Of a stretch of 64,000 nucleotides of DNA, positions 61,042-64,000 are shown piece after piece. The number at the start of each line of letters is the position of its first letter. The stretch's first letter is position 1. The notes below the pieces were generated by a model that saw nothing but the letters and a program-made list of their open reading frames with translations, ran no database searches and was not told where the DNA came from. The stretch comes from Okamejei kenojei (lineage: Eukaryota): contig CM069159.1 in assembly GCA_035221665.1 (NCBI GenBank), positions 28,892,001 to 28,956,000 on the forward strand. The letters are read 5' to 3'. The position numbers and the translations under genes are program-made.

Positions 61042-62911
61042 GTTAGTGGGTTGTTGCTCGTAATTGGTTTGTGCACATACGATAGTTATTTATGACCACA
61101 GAAACGTGCATTATTATCAGGTTTACTTTGTGATTTATGTTGCACCTACATCAGAGGTTACACACCAAAACATGATGACCTGACATTAATCAAGGATATT
61201 GGCCCGTAGCTCACAGGTAAGATGCTTTCATCCATCCACCCCAAAATACTTGTGATTACATATATTAAAGCAAACATTGAATTTTGAAAATAAATCTAGA
61301 GCTGAAATGATAGTGAATGCAAAATAGAGGGTGACAACATAAATCTCATGTAATTCCCTCGTACCTGGGTGTTCTCTCAATGTACTACCAGCGAGTATAA
61401 ATTTGAAAATTGGTATTTTGCTGAAGATAATTTCAAAAATTATTTTGTAATTAGCTCATAAATTATTTCATAAATTGTATTTATGATAAATACAACTTCT
61501 ACAAAGTTTGCAGGAATTGATATTTGGTCCAAGGAAATCATGCCATAATCGTTCAAAACTCCAATAAAAATTGAAGAAAAATGAGGTTATATGACATTTT
61601 CAATTGTATTCTAAATAAGATACAGATTTAATTAACAAGTGGAGAGAAAAGAGATTGAGGCAGAGGTGAGTATGCTTTCCTCCAAGAATGAAGCTAAAAA
61701 TGCGGTCAAGTTAGCAGAAACAATTTGTTTTAAAAATGTGTGCGTTTATTGTTGAAACCTGTTCCAAATCACATTTTAACAGACTTTTTCTGGTTTTAAT
61801 TCAATAACAGACAAAAAAAATCTTTAAAGGCTAACCAGAGTGTCTTTTAACAAACTAATTAATTCTTTAGAAATTGTAGATAAATAAAGTGCTTTATTTA
61901 TAACAAGTGCACCACAAATATTCATGTTCATTGTAAAAAACCTTTGTCACGTATTGTGTACACATACTATAACTGAATGTAAGAAATTGTGGACCTCAGT
62001 TACACGTGGTTTATGAGGTATGGAGAGTATTTGAGAACATTCACTGAAGTAATGCAGAGAATGTTTTCTTTGTTTCATGTACCTGTACATTCCAGTTCTT
62101 CTGGATGGACCTACTGCTAAATAAATGTTATAGTGCCTCATCCCTCCACAAAGCCCCCTGTGAAAGTGTAAGCACTGTGCAAGGTTGGCTGATCAATGTG
62201 AAATTGGACAAAAAAAGTATAGAAAATGTTTGTAAGCCCTGACAGTTTACACGAAGGACAGTGTCTGGCGACGCTGGCTTATTGTGTAGGTGAAACCTGC
62301 AGCCACGGATGGAGTATGGAACCAGCATTTGTATTCCACATTGTGGTGCAGAAATGTTAAAAGTAAATATTAACTGAATTTACATGCAAAATACATTTCT
62401 TAATATTGGTTCCATATATATAATAAATGCTTTGAGGGAAGAGCCATTTTCAATATCTGCTATGTCCATTTAATTTAATAAAAGCTTTAATAAGCTCTAG
62501 ATTCTATACTTAAACCTTGGCATTTAGTTTCCATGTATAATTTTCTTTTTCTCTTGTGACAGATTGTTTACAGTTAGGAAATTGTTGATTGGAAATTCAA
62601 TAGTCTAATGCCTTATTTCTTATTCAACTGAAACTGATCTCTTTTTTCTCAGAGTGAAATGTAATATAGACCATTTCTGAATCATTTTGTACCACATTGG
62701 AAATTTGACAGGTGTTTCCTGGTGTCAGTCACCCTCCCAACCCCAAGCACTGTTTCCACATTTGGGCCACAACACTTCTTATGTAACATTACTGAAAAAC
62801 ATGGACCACATTCTGTTAGGAAGCCAGTCTTTGAGCAATCTTGCAGAAGCATGGTCTCTCCAGTTCTGCGCTGGATTATGGTTGTTTTCTGGGTCATAAC
62901 CACATCTCTAA

Positions 62912-63406
62912 TGCCCCTGTCCCACTTAGGCGATTTTTTTAGGTGACTACAGGCGACTAGGCTGTCACCGGGGTGTCACCTGTATGGTCACCTCAGTCGC
63001 CCAAAGAGTCATACCTTTTTTCTGGTCGCCGCTGGATTTTGAAATGTTCAAAACTTTTCGGCGACAGTCGGTACCTGTGGGCTTGACGCCAACAATCGTA
63101 GCCTGACGTAGGTGCTGTCACCAGGATGACGTAGGTTGTCGCCGGTGCTGACCGGTGAATTCCATTGGCAACTACCTACGTCAACCGGCGACAGGTACCA
63201 GTGACTGAATTGTCTTACCTTGTTGCAGCTTGCCACGGGTGGACGTAGGTTGTCATAGGTGTGGTCGTAGGTGGACGTCCTAATGGGTCGCTGGTTGTCG
63301 GTAGCTTGACGTCAACTAGGAGGTAGGTTGTTGTAGACATTGTCGCGGGGGGTGTAGGGTCCAATCGCCATCGCCGAAAAAAAATCAGCTAAATGGAACA
63401 GGCCCA
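62912..63406. mobile_element. PIF/Harbinger-type MITE
   Basis: Imperfect TIRs of about 29 bp; TAA on both flanks (62909-62911, 63407-63409); internal GTCG/CGAC-rich repeats. Confidence 0.78.
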
Positions 63407-63624
63407 TAACACTCCTTGATACAGTTGGAAAAAATAATTTGTGGGGTCCACAACCCCACCATTTCTCTCCCCCCCACCCCAATTAAGAATATTAAACACA
63501 GGTTTCCATTTGCTCTAACCGCCTAGCCTTGAAAATAAGTGATTGTGGGCCTTATGAATTGGGCCAGAGGTTGTGGGCCTTATGAATTGGTGGGGTTTTC
63601 AGTGGAGGCCTTGTGACCAAAGTA

Positions 63625-64000
63625 GTAATTGGTGCCCTGCTGCAGAATACAGATAGAAATTTACGAGTCTTCCTTAAATACAGGAGAGGTGCCGGAACAC
63701 TGGAGGGTGGCAAATGTTGTACCTCTTTCCAAGAAGGGCTGCAGGGAAAATGCTGGGAACTGTAGGCTGGTGAGCTTAACATCTGTAGTTGGTAAGTTAC
63801 TGGAGAGTATTCTGAGGGATAGGATGTACAGGCATTTGGATGGGCAACAGCTGATTAGGGATAGTCAGCATGGTTTTGTATGTGACCAAAAAGGTTGATG
63901 AAGGCAAAGCTGTAGATGTTGTGTAAATGGATTTCCGTAAGGCGTTCAACTAGTTTCCGCTGCTCTGAAAGGTTAGATCGCATGGGATCCAAGGAGAGAT
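63625..64000 (+). mobile_element. CR1-type LINE ORF2 reverse transcriptase fragment (degenerate, runs off window)
   Basis: SLNTGEVPEHWRVANVVPLSKKG..NCRLVSLTSVVGKLLESILRD..SQHGF. Confidence 0.88.

Overview
Eukaryotic, AT-rich, intron-dominated vertebrate DNA. The repeat content (HE1/V-SINE-type tRNA SINEs, CR1/HER1 and Rex1-type LINE pieces, many Penelope-like fragments) points to an elasmobranch, probably a skate or ray (inference). Two protein-coding genes lie in tandem on the + strand, both rebuilt by hand from splice sites with consistent phases. (1) A TTC3/DZIP3-family gene: 31 coding exons, 769-42593, about 1342 aa in the window, 5' end outside or unrecognised. It keeps the TPRs, the Cys/His-rich TTC3 domain, the coiled coil and the pre-RING helical motif, but appears to lack most of the central region and the C-terminal RING-H2. 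(2) SNX19: ATG about 45707, exons 1-8 in the window, 3' end outside. It has a GC-AG first intron and a GC-rich, ATG-laden 54/55-bp minisatellite just upstream of the start codon. Introns contain a non-autonomous Helitron, a PIF/Harbinger MITE, a Tc1-like end, nested retroposon insertions with target-site duplications (TSDs), and many short Penelope-derived repeats carrying minimal hammerhead-ribozyme cores. There is one 135-N assembly gap. Comparisons with human proteins are from memory, not from an alignment run here.
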